From the IMG/VR virus record IMGVR_UViG_3300047567_000025, positions 64,001 through 128,000 of that record: a stretch of DNA of 64,000 nucleotides. One strand, 5' to 3'. Position 1 is the first letter of the stretch; each line of letters opens with the position of its first letter. A model generated the notes under the pieces. It had not been told where the DNA came from and searched no databases. It saw only the letters and a list, made by a program, of their open reading frames with translations. Source of the stretch: a virus. Taxonomy: Duplodnaviria; Caudoviricetes. Below are positions 9,285 to 21,893 of the stretch, piece by piece. A program made the translations under genes and the position numbers.

Positions 9285-12200
9285 TTACTGTGATAAACGA
9301 GTTACTTGTTCTGGTATAGCGTTCCCTTTAAACAGATCTTGAACCTGTTTATTAGGTGTATTATAATCATCGGATGTCGTTGTAGTTATGTCATCACCCA
9401 TTTTATCAATAATTTTTTCAAGTAATGCTTCAATTCTTTCGGAGCGAACGTTGAATGTATTACTGATTATTTTGTTAAGACGATTATCTGTACTGCTATC
9501 TGGTTTTATTTGATATTTGTTTATGATATACTGATTAGGTATTAAGCTAGAATCATAGTATGTATTGAATTGATCATCGATCTCAGGAATTGTAAAGATT
9601 GATTCGTCTCCATTACCATATATGCTTCTATGCAAATAGTCATCATCTGAACTTATATCGCCCGAACCATTTAACATATTCATTCGGTTTGCGTCAGCAC
9701 CACTGTTTACCAGTCCATAATTCATGTTGCCATATTTATCATCAGGACGAGCTCTGTCTTTGAATTTAGCATAGGCTTCTTCAGCGAATTGAACACGTCT
9801 ACCTGTAGTGCCATCCTTCATATAGTTCATTAAATTTTGTAGCTAAATCAGCAACATTATGATTATCTTCATTTTTGAGATAGTCTCTAGCATCTTTACG
9901 TGTGTTCTCCAATTCATAGTTAAGATAACCTAATTGCAATCCTAAAGCATCTGGTCGATATTTGTATTTTCTCGCGAAGTCAAGCAATCCTTTTTTACGA
10001 TCATAATCAGTCCATTGCGCAATACCATATCCAGCACTCAGATCATTAGACTGATTGTAAGCCAGACCTGTTCTAAGCCATTTTGTCGAGTGATGCTTCG
10101 TCTGGCTCCTTAGCAACAAAGTTTTGGTATAATGCGTCGGCATATTCCTCTTCAGTTTTTGGTCCCAAATTTGTTGCAATCCAAGCTTCCTGCACCATCT
10201 TCAACGTTTGAAGGAATTAACGAAGATTCATTGCCTAAAATTTCCCATGACAGCTGCTGATGCTTCTGGACTATACTTGAGAGTATATCGTAGATAATTC
10301 CAAGTTTTTTCTTGATTATCGTCACCTACTAATGCGAATGATGCAGTATCTCCAAGCTTATCTACACTAAGATATGTCAATGGGTTTATTGAATGTCCGA
10401 GATCTGATGATGTAGTCGACAGGCTATCAGTAACAGTATAATGAAGATGTGCACCATAGCTGTTACCTGTATTACCAACGGTTCCTATTAGCATACCTGG
10501 TGTAATCTCATCATGATTGATAACATCATCGGATACCGTCTTAAAATGCATCATCCAATGATACATTCCATTTGCATCTTGCCATATAACATTATTTCCG
10601 CAACCACCGGCATCATTAGAATTGCCTTCTCGTGTAATATTATAAACTGCACTAGATTTCTTACCTCCGACTGGTGCATATACTGGTTGACCTTCACTGC
10701 CATTAGGCCACAAGAAGTCAATACCGCCATGCTTATCGCCTGTATCACCAACACCTTCTTTATTAGGAGACGACATATCATAATGTTTGAACCAGTTACC
10801 ATTCGCTGAATATGTAAATTCACTACCAGATTTCTGTGCAAAGAAATCATGCACTGGTGAATGCTTTGATGCATGAGAGCCATATCCACTAATTTCATCA
10901 GTCGTATCAACATCCGTATATGTTGGTGTGTATCCTGTTGTGCTTATACCAATGCTGCTAGACGATCCGTTTGAACTACTAGGATTTATCATTTCCTCAA
11001 GCGTTTTTATAGGAGCATCTGCAATTGAAGATAGATTTGTCATGATGTCAGATATTATATTTCCATCCTTATCAACTTTGACAGCAGAACTCATGTCGGA
11101 TAATGTTTTCGATTTAGACTGATATGCATTATTAGGATCATTTGCCCATTTAAGGACATATTCATTTTGCTTACTGCTATTAAATAATTTATTCACACGG
11201 GAGTCATAATCTTTATCGGATTCGCCATCAAGTTTAGGAGTATCTTTCTTAAATAGACTCAAAGCGGCTGCTATAATGGACTTTTTATCATCAGAATTCT
11301 CTAAAACATTATTAGCAGCACTTTTATCTGATTCTTCGTCAAGCGATTCCTGCGTTTCTTCATCTGCTGATTTTTCTCCGGTAAACATCGATAAAATATT
11401 ACCAGTAAGCTTTTTGAGTTCATCAAGAGCTGATTTTGTACCTTCGTCAAATTCATATAATGAATCAGAATCAGAATCACCAGAACCATATATTCCCATT
11501 TTTGATGAGCGCACTAATGACGCAGTTGGATGTTTTTCTATTCTACCAGTCAACGGATTCGAAACATATGCAGAACCATATTTGTCTGCACCGATTACAT
11601 TCACATAGTGATTATTTCCCACATGCGTTCCATAAGCTGGACCACTGCCGATGAGTGTTATCGGATTATTTGGTGTAGCTCTTCTGAGTGATCCCGTTGT
11701 TACTCCGCCGGCACGAATATTCATTCCTAAAGAGGAGCCAGTTGACATAAATCCACCGACAGATGTACCTCTCTTAGGATTATAAGCACCTGTTGTAGCC
11801 ATACTCGATGCGAGCTGCATTGGGTTAACCATTTGACCGGTTCTGCGTGAGAATGCATCTGCTAATGCAACTGGTCCACAACCACGTTCACTCATATTCA
11901 TATAGTTTCCATATGAATGCTGGTTAGTTGTTATATTTCCAGAGCCATATGTATTGTTATATATATTGCTTATAGTAGTTATATCACCAGAAGCCACAAG
12001 ACCATCCATTACAGAACCGCCAGTTTTAATAGTCTCAGGAATTACATTTTTATTTTGCTCAGTAGATTTATCAGTATCTTCTTCGGTTTTGCCACTTATT
12101 TTATCAGCAGTCTTTGGTGATACAACAGATACCAATGCAGCAGCAGTATCCTTTCCGCCTTGTACTATTGATTTTAAACCATTTTTCTGCATGTTAAGTC

Positions 12201-15200
12201 CGTCCTGCATTAATTTTTTACCTTCAGCAGTAACACCTTTGATTCCAATAAATTCTAGTATCTTGCCAAGAACTGTTAATATTCCTCCAAGTATAAACTG
12301 TGTATTACCGAATCCTATTTGTACTACGCCAGATATTATCTCTAATACGCCAGCTGTTAGCTTAATTGTTGGAACAACAATTTTATTGAATACAGCCATG
12401 AATGGTACTAATAAAATTTTAACAAGAGATGTTACTATGCCTAGTATTGGTTTTAATATATCAAGCACAACATCTAGTATTGGCATCAATGATTCTATTA
12501 TCGGCTGAATTGTGTCTATAAGCGAACCAACTATATTTGTTACAGCCTCCGCTATTGACGAAACGATCTTAGTTAATATTTCTGCAACTGGTTTAAGCAT
12601 TTTTATCAATTTATTGAATACATCGTTTAATGGTTTTACTCCATCAACGAGTATATTATTAACTAAATCTGTCAAAGTCTGCAAACCTTTTAATCCAGCA
12701 ACAGCTGCAATTACTGCTTCGAGTATGCCACCAAGCATTGATGTAAAACCACCGAAGATTTTACCTAGACTTCCTAGTATGTTTCCTCCGCTAAATACTC
12801 CTTTAACGGATTCAACTGCTTTAGAAGCAATACCTCTGATACCGCCGCCGCTATTATGGCCAGTTGATCCAGAATGACCAGCACCGACATCAGAAGATGC
12901 ACTAGCATCACCAACACTAGTTGCTGTATGCGTTGTATTCGCATTAGATGTTGTTGTTGAATGTGACGATGATCTACCAGTACTTCTATCGGCACTACCA
13001 TTATTAGTCCCCGTATTATCAGCAGTATTAGTATCGCTTGCATTATTATCATTACTACCATTATTATTTCCTGCATTATTATCAGCAGTATTAGTATCGC
13101 TTGCATTATTATCATTACTACTACCATTATTATTTCCTGCATTATTATCAGCAGTATTTTCTTCAAGATTTTCTTCAGGTGAGACCGCATCTTTTGCTTT
13201 TTCAGAAAGATGATCACGTATACCCTCAAGAAAATTTGCAATCGTATTGAGGATAGAAGTACCTGATGAATTAGTCAGTATATCTTTTATCTCTTTGGTT
13301 TCACGATCTGCTACAGTCTGCACTTCAAGCGATGCTTCTCTCGCATTATCACGCATGACTTTTGCTTCTTTAAAACTACTCATAAATCCTTTAGCAAATT
13401 CAGTATTAGCAATCTTATTTTTAACATTTCCAATAGCATTCTTTGCTTTGGGCAAAACACCAGTGTTTCCTAATTTGCCAATAGTTGATGATAGTACATT
13501 TTTAACACCGGAGAACATTTTAGGAAGTGCTTCGCTAACATGGCTGATAACATTTCCAATAGAACTGATTGCACTTTTAGCAAGATTTTTTATTGTGCCA
13601 GCAGCACTACTGATTACTTTTGATAGTTTCTTAAATCCTTCAGAACCTGCTAGCCAATCTGCTGTATGTGATATTATTGATGGAATTAATTTTAGTGTCC
13701 ACTGAGTAAAGCCTATCATTTTCTGCTGTGTAACTTCACCTTTATCATTTTTGATTTCTCTTGTTCCAAAAAGCCCTTGTGCCATTGATTTAGCACCAGC
13801 AGCTATGTTAGTAGCACCTCTAAAGAAAAGCTTTCCTAATCCTTTATATATCTTACCTATCACACTGCCTATTTTCGTTAAAGCAACTTTCAATATCGTA
13901 AACATAGGTGATAATAATTTTTTTGCAGCTTTTATCATCGTGCCTGCAACAAGCTTTAGTTTTCCGAAAATTCCAGATGATTTCTTAGAACCATTATTGA
14001 GCATTCCATTTACAGACCGCTCTAAACGGCTCCTCAATGTAGGATTATGTATCTGATTTATATCACTCATGATATTACTGATATCAGTATTAGACGCATT
14101 ACCATCAGCCATAGCAGTTTGCATCATTGCGAGAACACGTTTACTTGTTTCTTGATCATCTCGGTCTTCTGGAGTCGAATGATCCATATTATTAATGTCT
14201 TTTGCAAGAATCTTATTTTCTCTAGCAATTTCAATATTATTTATTGAATTAGCAGCTTTATCCTTTGTAGCAGTTCCTATGTCACGTATCTTACTAGTTG
14301 CTTTGTCGATAGTACCATTGAATTTATCACGCACGTTCTGCAATATACCATCATTTCCATATGTGATTTTTCCAGAATTATCAACGTTTGCTGTACCAAC
14401 AATAGCATCTTGTATACGACGAACATCTTTCTTCTTGTTATCCAAAATGTCATCTAATGTAGGTGGCTCTGTACTATTGCTATTTGACGAAGTTGTTGTA
14501 TTAGAATTATGTCTAAAATGATTAGTCATTTTGTTAAAAATATTGCGGATAGGTTTCGGTATAATATTATCGATTATATTATTCGTAGTTTTGCTCTCAG
14601 TTTGCTTTGTCGAAGTATCATCAGACGATGTCTCTGTCGTATCATTAGCATCAGAAGTTGTAGTTGTTTTAGTTGGTGCAAGCGATTTTCCAAGTCCTTT
14701 TAGTACTAATTTCGTTACAGCAGCTTTTGCTGTAACTATATCTTGAGGACCAGTATCATCAGATGTATGTGAAAGCTTCATTGGTTTAAATTCGGGGTAT
14801 TCAGTAGATACGTCATGTGATCTAACATTGATTCCTCTGTTAAGTATTGAATAAATACCTCTGACATAATCATGTGTTGTATAATTCGCACTGTTAATCG
14901 TTTTATTAGCTAAACCAACTGTTGAATTTTCAGCACTAGTTGGCTGCTGTTGATTATTAGCATCTGCTTTTGATGAATTATTGCCTGTAGAAGAATGCAT
15001 GTCTGATACGTCAACTTTAGCGGTGTCATTATTATTATTTACCTTTACAGGTGTTATCCTTTTTGGCGAATAATCAGTCTGATCCGATGTCGTACTAGAT
15101 AAGTTGTAACGACCATATCCATTTGAAGTATCCACGTTACGGATATTGATACCTCTATTAAGAATACCGAAAATTCCCCGAGTATAATCAATTAATGAAT

Positions 15201-16851
15201 AATTTGTTGTGTTTGATGTAATATTGCTACTTGGAGTAACGGTATTTTCTGATGTATTAGTTCTATTATTGCTATCATTATTTTTTTTGAAGTTTTCAAC
15301 GAATCTATCTTTCATTGTATCAAATTCAAGTTTGCCAGCTCGATTACCAGCAATACCATCACTTGATACTGCAAATTCAGTTGCTTCATTTATCATCGTA
15401 TTCAGTTTGCTATTAACACTCTGCACAAATTTAGTACCTGCTAACATATTATTCGATAATGATAACATGACAGTCATACATATATTAGACCAATATTCTG
15501 CAGTTTTACCAGTTGCCTCGGAGAGCATTTTTGATGCACGAGAAACAAACACATCACAATCACTAAGCTGTGAAAACCGTATTTGTCTAATACCAGATTT
15601 ATGTAAATGCATTACATATACAGCCGATAATGCACGTGCTGCAGTATCAACATCATTAGAATCATATGCGTTGTTAGAAGAGTTCGCTATATGCTGCTGA
15701 AAACTTGATGATATTCCTGATGAAGAAAATGTAACATCGGTTATCTTATTAAAACGATTTTCAATAGCATTTGTAGTCAATCGACCATGTTCATTGATAT
15801 TATATGATTTACCACTGAGACTTTCATTTATTTTCTTCAAATATTCTGGTATAATTGATATAATTGAATGGCGTGTCATTCCGTCGAATACTGCTCGATT
15901 GGTATTATACTTATTTGGCGTTAATGTACTATAATCTTTGTTGGCTTCCATATTAGTCATTCCGCCGAAAAACTTCTTAAAAGGTCCGGTCTCAATTATT
16001 TCAGATAGTACATTATGAGTTATAGCTCCGACAGTTTCATTTATCGTTTTACCAATACTATCAATTGATTTGCCGCCTAATGCATTGATTGGTTTATTTA
16101 ATACAAATTCTTGTAAGCCTAATGCTAATAAGTCTTCAGGTCTCATTGTATTAGACATTAATGATTTAATAATATTGCCGCCCATTGACACGATTGGGTT
16201 ATTATTTATCGAACTCGCAGCATTTTGATAGACGCTTGATAATGTCAATCTACCATCATTAAATAATTGGGTTTTGTCACCAACATTGGTATCATCTTTA
16301 CGGATTCCCATCGCATTTAATTCGATAAGTTTATCCATTTTAGAAGATACGTTAATGAGTGTACTATTTACATTATTTATGGCAGCAAGCATTTCTGTTG
16401 ATCTATTATTCACAGATGAAATTATTTCTGCGGTATTTGCTATTTCTTGTTCAGCCTGCTTATGACCAATTTTATACATAGCACTAAGCTGTGCCTTAGA
16501 GATATCTGTCATCGCTTCTATGTCAATTGACTTTGATGATGAGCCTTTAGTTTCTTCATCGGATGAACTATCTATCTTAAAGCCTGGGTCAAATTCTTCC
16601 GTTATACCCGAGTCATATTGATCATACTCTGCATCTTTCTGATAAAACCAATCTGATATTTTTTTAGTAACTGAGCCGGATTTTATTCGTGCATATACTT
16701 CCGTTGCATTTTTACCCGCCTTGGTGATATTAACACGAATTGTGTTTGCATCATTAATTAAACTACTGAAATTATGAGTATAATCTTTGCTGATTTCTTT
16801 AGCCGAATTTGACACTATTTGTAGACTTCGTTTGACTAAATCTGTCATCAC
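9285..16851 (-). CDS. Giant tail-associated / tape-measure-like protein with C39-like peptidase, M23 peptidase and tail lysozyme domains; 3' part broken by four +1 frameshifts (~2520 aa when corrected)
   Basis: Amphipathic helical region; GCGPVALADA...HYVNVIG...YVSNP (C39-like); HGGID...GNTGNSYGAHLHY (M23); TWNYLR...AAVMGN/ES...GYGIAQWT...LQLGYLNYEL (tail lysozyme). ORFs 10228..16851, 9799..10179 and 9285..9830 join after removing 4 nt (7563 nt = 2521 codons). Confidence 0.75.
13015..13158. repeat. Intragenic tandem repeat (63/66-nt unit, NTADNNAGNNNGS(S)NDNNASDT)
   Basis: Two near-identical copies plus a partial copy in the Asn-rich linker. Confidence 0.85.
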
Positions 16852-16885
16852 GAACCCTCCTTTATTATAAATAAAATCGATATAG

Positions 16886-16910
16886 ACATGGGCTCTTTAA
16901 GAGCCCATGT
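16886..16910. terminator. Hairpin terminator / processing stem
   Basis: acatgggctc-tttaa-gagcccatgt between 16927 and 16851. Confidence 0.65.
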
Positions 16911-16926
16911 AATCGACATTTGTGCA

Positions 16927-17685
16927 TTAAAAGAATTGGACCAAATCTAGATCATCATAATGGAATGTATCTTTCCATTTTTCAACAAGATCATCTCGTT
17001 CTTTCTCAGCACCAGACCAGTCATCGATTTTAACTTGTATTTCTTTATATGCCGATCCAACATTGTTCATGTTTTTGATATTATTGTACAACGTTCGCTG
17101 TACATCCAATTTTGCAAGCGATATAAATGATTCAACACATGACTCAGGAATTGTTTCACCATTCTGATCATGATCACATTTGACAATGAAATGTATATAT
17201 GAATCTTTTGGAAAATCAAATAATTGTATTTTGTTAGAGCCCAACCATTTTGATGATGGCTGCTTAGAAGTAATGCCAGCGAATTTGTTTACAGCAGCAC
17301 CTGTTAATGTCGCATTGATAATGTCTTGAGGATAATATGAGCCAAATCCGACGAATGGAGAGCCAACAGTAAATGCATTAGTATTAACTTCACCATTTTC
17401 ATATATATCAGAAGCAGCATACGCATCAGCATATGAAACATATGTTGTTGTGAGACTAGTTGGCAATATATAGATTCCAATTTTTTCAGCAAATTCATCT
17501 GGTGATTTCAGGTTCTTTCGAAGTTCATATCCCTCTTTAACACATGGCTTAAATCTAGAGAATGTTCGTATACTAACTTGAAGTATGTCACGAATAACAA
17601 TCTCAATTGGTTGCTTAAATGGCAACGCTATAGTATTTAGCCCTTCAGTTACCTTTATATCATTAATTACTTCTGAAATATTCAT
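16927..17685 (-). CDS. Virion structural protein (possible head-tail adaptor/neck)
   Basis: 252 aa in the structural cluster; C-terminal IQVKIDDWSGAEKERDDLVEKW is reminiscent of neck proteins; function inferred. Confidence 0.35.
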   Translation of the reverse strand: MNISEVINDIKVTEGLNTIALPFKQPIEIVIRDILQVSIRTFSRFKPCVKEGYELRKNLKSPDEFAEKIGIYILPTSLTTTYVSYADAYAASDIYENGEVNTNAFTVGSPFVGFGSYYPQDIINATLTGAAVNKFAGITSKQPSSKWLGSNKIQLFDFPKDSYIHFIVKCDHDQNGETIPESCVESFISLAKLDVQRTLYNNIKNMNNVGSAYKEIQVKIDDWSGAEKERDDLVEKWKDTFHYDDLDLVQFF

Positions 17686-17688
17686 TCA

Positions 17689-18264
17689 TCAATCATTCCC
17701 TTCGCCAAGATACTTATGCATTACCGGCGTATATTTATCATCAAACGCTCTTCGTGTTTCATCGTCGATTTTTTTACAAAATATCTTTGAATTGGATGTT
17801 GACAGCCATAGATATATGTGCATATCATCATTCCATACTTTCGATATTTTTTTATATTGATTATCAGTCATTAAAAGAATACTTTTAAATTCTGTATCAT
17901 CGGGTGTTGGTGATTGTGCATCAAGGATAGTTTGCAGTCGCTTTGTTCCCTTAAGGAAATCTTCATTGATATAATTCATATCTGTTAAAGCTATGATTTT
18001 TCTATATGTCATGCTATTAGGTTTGAACATACCATCGTAAAAGTATTTTGTTGTAAGAAGAACCTTTCCGTCATATGTGTTCTGACCTTGTTCTCTGTAT
18101 TTAAGATATCCTTCAATATAGTCAGATATATCATTAAGAATTTTAGAATAATCAAGAATAGTATATTCCACATTTTTTCTATCTTTCATATTATTATATT
18201 TTTTAGCAATCTCATCAAATAAAGATTTATGTGTGATGACAAAATCTCTTATAGAATTATTCAT
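17689..18264 (-). CDS. Hypothetical protein
   Basis: Coupled to the upstream gene; GGAGG RBS favours the MNNSIR start at 18264. Confidence 0.6.
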   Translation of the reverse strand: MNNSIRDFVITHKSLFDEIAKKYNNMKDRKNVEYTILDYSKILNDISDYIEGYLKYREQGQNTYDGKVLLTTKYFYDGMFKPNSMTYRKIIALTDMNYINEDFLKGTKRLQTILDAQSPTPDDTEFKSILLMTDNQYKKISKVWNDDMHIYLWLSTSNSKIFCKKIDDETRRAFDDKYTPVMHKYLGEGND

Positions 18265-18265
18265 A

Positions 18266-19285
18266 TTAGCCCCTCCATCCATCAGGATAATTTACATTAA
18301 CACGCCAGACACGATCGTTTCGGTTTATTGGTCGTATACGAAGTATCTGTGTAAGTAAATCGTTCAACTGTTTTTGTCCAGCGATCAAATAGTTTCTATC
18401 ATGTGGAACGATATATCGCTCGTCTTGTGTATCAATTACGTTGAGATAAAAATCAACAAGCTCTAATTTTGAGCAAGTATATCCACTGAGCATTGCCTGA
18501 TCATTTGAATCTTGGATTGCACCAATTTCAATAGTGATGTATGATACTATATCACGTATTGGTATCGGTTTCAGTTTCTTTGGCTTTTTTGTCAAGAAGC
18601 CTTCCTGTTCATATTCATCATCTTCATCATCATCGGAATCATCGCTGCTTAACTTTAATACTTCAAAATCATCATCTGTTATTTCATCATCAGGTGTTAC
18701 ATCTGCTAATGAATTGATTTCATTTTCGAGAGCAGAAATATCAATTCCTAAATCTTTATTATAAAACTTATGCTCTTGATTACCGAGATAATTATCGACG
18801 ATTTCTTTCACATTATTGCAATTGTCTTTCGAATGAATCATATCCTTTATATAATTATATCCATTAGCAATATCAGCATCATCGACATTGAATCTACCAT
18901 GGTCATCCATCTTTCCGATAACGCATGCTGTTCCAGTTGTCAATGCTTTTGGGATGTTATATCCTTTATTGATAAGACAATTATTAGGACATACTGTATT
19001 CTGCAGATATTTTGCAGAATTATCAATAGTATCGGCATCATCAAATAGCGAGCCATCAGTAAGCGCACTTGCAAGATACCCTTCTTGAATAGTTGTTATG
19101 TTTTCAGGGCATGCAATAACAATATTATTTTTGTTATTCTTATAAAGACGAATACCATCACCAGCATATTCATTTATAATGATACCTGGTTTATCTGGGT
19201 TTTCAATTTTTGAAAACTCCACAAGAGCTTCATATCTCTTTTGTGAAATGAACGTTTTGGCTATGTTATATCCAATATTATTCAT
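18266..19285 (-). CDS. Putative head protein with acidic linker ending in EQEG
   Basis: Acidic stretch DDSDDDEDDEYEQEG before a compact C-terminal domain; TIQEG also present; AAAGGTGG RBS favours 19285. Confidence 0.5.
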   Translation of the reverse strand: MNNIGYNIAKTFISQKRYEALVEFSKIENPDKPGIIINEYAGDGIRLYKNNKNNIVIACPENITTIQEGYLASALTDGSLFDDADTIDNSAKYLQNTVCPNNCLINKGYNIPKALTTGTACVIGKMDDHGRFNVDDADIANGYNYIKDMIHSKDNCNNVKEIVDNYLGNQEHKFYNKDLGIDISALENEINSLADVTPDDEITDDDFEVLKLSSDDSDDDEDDEYEQEGFLTKKPKKLKPIPIRDIVSYITIEIGAIQDSNDQAMLSGYTCSKLELVDFYLNVIDTQDERYIVPHDRNYLIAGQKQLNDLLTQILRIRPINRNDRVWRVNVNYPDGWRG

Positions 19286-19334
19286 TTTAAGTCCACCTTT
19301 CATATAAAAAATTAATTAACGGAGGTTATCAAAA

Positions 19335-19826
19335 ATGTTTACTGTTTACTCTTTTTTAATGATGGTCATTCTTTTTTTACTGATGATATTGGTGATTTCA
19401 ATACCGTATATATCAATTATACGTAAATTGAAGAATGCCATGTCTGAACAATCGAGAATGATTTATTCACTCATGATACGTCAAAACTTTTCAAATGACA
19501 AAGTTGATGATGTATCAGCAATGATGGATTCTGTAAGTAAAACAATTAGCACATTATCAACGAGTATTAGTTCTGTACTTAAAGAGAATAATCGATTACA
19601 TAATGAAAAGATCATGCCGTCTCCTAATCTTGCAGAAATGATTACTGCTACAATTAAGGAGCAACTGTCTATCGAATTTAATTTATCAAAAGGGCAACGA
19701 TTACCGAATAAAGATAGTATTAGTAAAATAATAATGAATGTTCAGATGACATATCCTCATGTAAATGAAGAATATATTGTAAAAAAATGTCTAGCTATGA
19801 TAGAATCAATGTCTTTGCAAGAATAA
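19335..19826 (+). CDS. Membrane-anchored hypothetical protein
   Basis: N-terminal hydrophobic helix; GGAGG RBS; opposite strand to its neighbours. Confidence 0.65.
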   Translation: MFTVYSFLMMVILFLLMILVISIPYISIIRKLKNAMSEQSRMIYSLMIRQNFSNDKVDDVSAMMDSVSKTISTLSTSISSVLKENNRLHNEKIMPSPNLAEMITATIKEQLSIEFNLSKGQRLPNKDSISKIIMNVQMTYPHVNEEYIVKKCLAMIESMSLQE

Positions 19827-19843
19827 TAAATGCAGTAATCATA

Positions 19844-19875
19844 TTAAGTAATGGGGCTTCAGCCCCATTACTTAA
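19844..19875. terminator. Bidirectional hairpin terminator
   Basis: ttaagtaatggggc-ttca-gccccattacttaa between convergent genes. Confidence 0.8.
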
Positions 19876-19913
19876 ATGATTATCATTGAAAATATATCTG
19901 TTATAAATGTTTA

Positions 19914-21893
19914 TTAGCCGCCTGTAGTTGGGCTAACAACTGTCTTTGTTGCAACAAGACCAGCCTTTGTATCAGGTACAAGTATAGTATTCTTGCAGAT
20001 AACTCTACCCTGAATACCCTGAATGCTGATTGTTTTGTACTGTGAACTTGTTGTTACAAGTACTGCTGCACCTCCTGGGTTCTGTGCATCAGCATATGCT
20101 GCATTCTCAGGTGAGTTAGTAAGGTGACGTGCAAATCTGAGATGCTTGTATGAGATATGGAACTTATCCATTGGATATGCAACGATCTTGAAGAAGTATT
20201 CTTTAGATTTATCACCCTGAACAGCACCTGTCTGATATGCATCGATAAGTGTATATGCATCAACTCTGTTAGATGCTACAATACGAATTGGAACATCAGT
20301 ATCTGTAAGAACACCAAATGCGTGGTTCATCTGAACGCCGCCGATTTCAGTAGTCTTCTGAACTGTCCATGTTACAAACTTCTGGAGAAGTCTTGCAGCC
20401 TTTGGATTTGCGTAAATAACGAAACCAAGGTTATCAAGTTTGCCTTTGTCACAGAGTTCATAGATAACAGAATTGACTGCATTGTGAATTGCATTTGTTC
20501 TGTATTCGAATGGATCTCCTGAGAATGTAGGTGATACACTTGTTGGATTCAGATCCACATATTCTGTATGAGTATATGATTCCAATGACCAGATATCACT
20601 ATCATATCCATTGTATTTTTCGTACTCGTCATCAAGGAATTCAAGAATTGATTCATCTTCAAACATTTCCTGAGCAGTAACAAGCTCCTGTACAAGTCTG
20701 TTGTAAAGAGAGAAGTTAAGTGATGCATTAGCTTCAGCAACATCTTCAACAGTGAAAGGAAGCTGGAATCTACAGCCATCAGAAATAAGGAACTTACGGA
20801 TTTCAGGATATTCTCTGAAGCCGATTGTTCTCATATTAGTTTCATTTGAGATATGACCACTTAGATAGAGACCTGTAATAGCGCCACATGAAGATGCTGT
20901 TATTGTGCCCTTTACGAAATCAACAACACCTGAGAGTCTATCAGAGAATGATACTGTTTCTCCTGTTGGTGCATTTGTTGTTTCATCAACAACTGCAAGT
21001 TTCATATTTTCAGTGATACCACCATTGATGAAGTTACCACCTGTCTGGATATCAATCTGAATACCGCCGCCAGGAAGTTTAACCTTTTTACCATCATACT
21101 GTACATACTGAATATTGAAATCGTACGAGAGACGTGTTCTGATAGTCTTTGTGAAATTTGTTGGAACTGCATCATTTTCGTCAAGAAGATACTTAGACTG
21201 AAGAAGATCTAACTTCTTATTTGTTGCTGCAGTAATATCTGCTAACTTAATAACAGTATTGCCATTGAGTCTAAGACCCTTACCAGCATTCCAGAGTTTT
21301 CTCCAAAGTGGCTTGCCATCAGTATCTTTCTTGAAGTAGATTGCAGGTGTTTCATATTCTTCACCTGTCTGGTTATTTACAAGATATTTGATAAAGATAC
21401 GCTGTTCAATATTTGTAGATGCAGCAGTCTGACATGGAATAATATCCTTACCAAGAAATCTGATATACTGCTTGATTAATGCTGGGAAATCAAGAGTTGA
21501 AAGTGGAAGATAGTTAGATACGTTGTAAGATTCCTGAATCAGGAATGACTTCTTTCCTTCATCCCATGCATTCTCGAGCTGATCTGCAACTGATTCAAGA
21601 TGAACTCTTTCTGCAGAAGACTCTGTTGGATATTCTCTGAGCTCACTAAGAATAGGCTCAAGAAGAAGAGTCTTGTATTCCTGCATAATCTCTGGAGACT
21701 CCATCATTTTCTTAGCGTCTTTCATGACATTCAAACCATTGTATGTACTTGCAATAGAATTTACAACTCCTGCAAAATTTTCATCAAATTCATCATTAAG
21801 ACCTTTAAGTTCTGAAGCAGATGCTGAATTGATCATGCTTTTCTGCTCCTGGAACCAGGTATCATGTGCTGATGTGTTACGTCCATAAGCCAT
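19914..21893 (-). CDS. Major capsid protein precursor (phiKZ/AR9-like)
   Basis: 659 aa with high-expression codon usage; helical N-terminal ~120 aa ending at LIQE/S (propeptide); downstream of scaffold-like and protease genes; own leader hairpin (21933-21952) and terminator. Confidence 0.7.
   Translation of the reverse strand: MAYGRNTSAHDTWFQEQKSMINSASASELKGLNDEFDENFAGVVNSIASTYNGLNVMKDAKKMMESPEIMQEYKTLLLEPILSELREYPTESSAERVHLESVADQLENAWDEGKKSFLIQESYNVSNYLPLSTLDFPALIKQYIRFLGKDIIPCQTAASTNIEQRIFIKYLVNNQTGEEYETPAIYFKKDTDGKPLWRKLWNAGKGLRLNGNTVIKLADITAATNKKLDLLQSKYLLDENDAVPTNFTKTIRTRLSYDFNIQYVQYDGKKVKLPGGGIQIDIQTGGNFINGGITENMKLAVVDETTNAPTGETVSFSDRLSGVVDFVKGTITASSCGAITGLYLSGHISNETNMRTIGFREYPEIRKFLISDGCRFQLPFTVEDVAEANASLNFSLYNRLVQELVTAQEMFEDESILEFLDDEYEKYNGYDSDIWSLESYTHTEYVDLNPTSVSPTFSGDPFEYRTNAIHNAVNSVIYELCDKGKLDNLGFVIYANPKAARLLQKFVTWTVQKTTEIGGVQMNHAFGVLTDTDVPIRIVASNRVDAYTLIDAYQTGAVQGDKSKEYFFKIVAYPMDKFHISYKHLRFARHLTNSPENAAYADAQNPGGAAVLVTTSSQYKTISIQGIQGRVICKNTILVPDTKAGLVATKTVVSPTTGG

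Noticed and set aside
10228-10230. TGA readthrough in the giant tail gene
   Set aside because: The lysozyme sequence resumes in the +1 frame, not in frame, and several genes end normally at TGA
9799-10240. Diversity-generating retroelement target region
   Set aside because: Changes are single-base insertions rather than adenine substitutions; no template repeat or reverse transcriptase in the window
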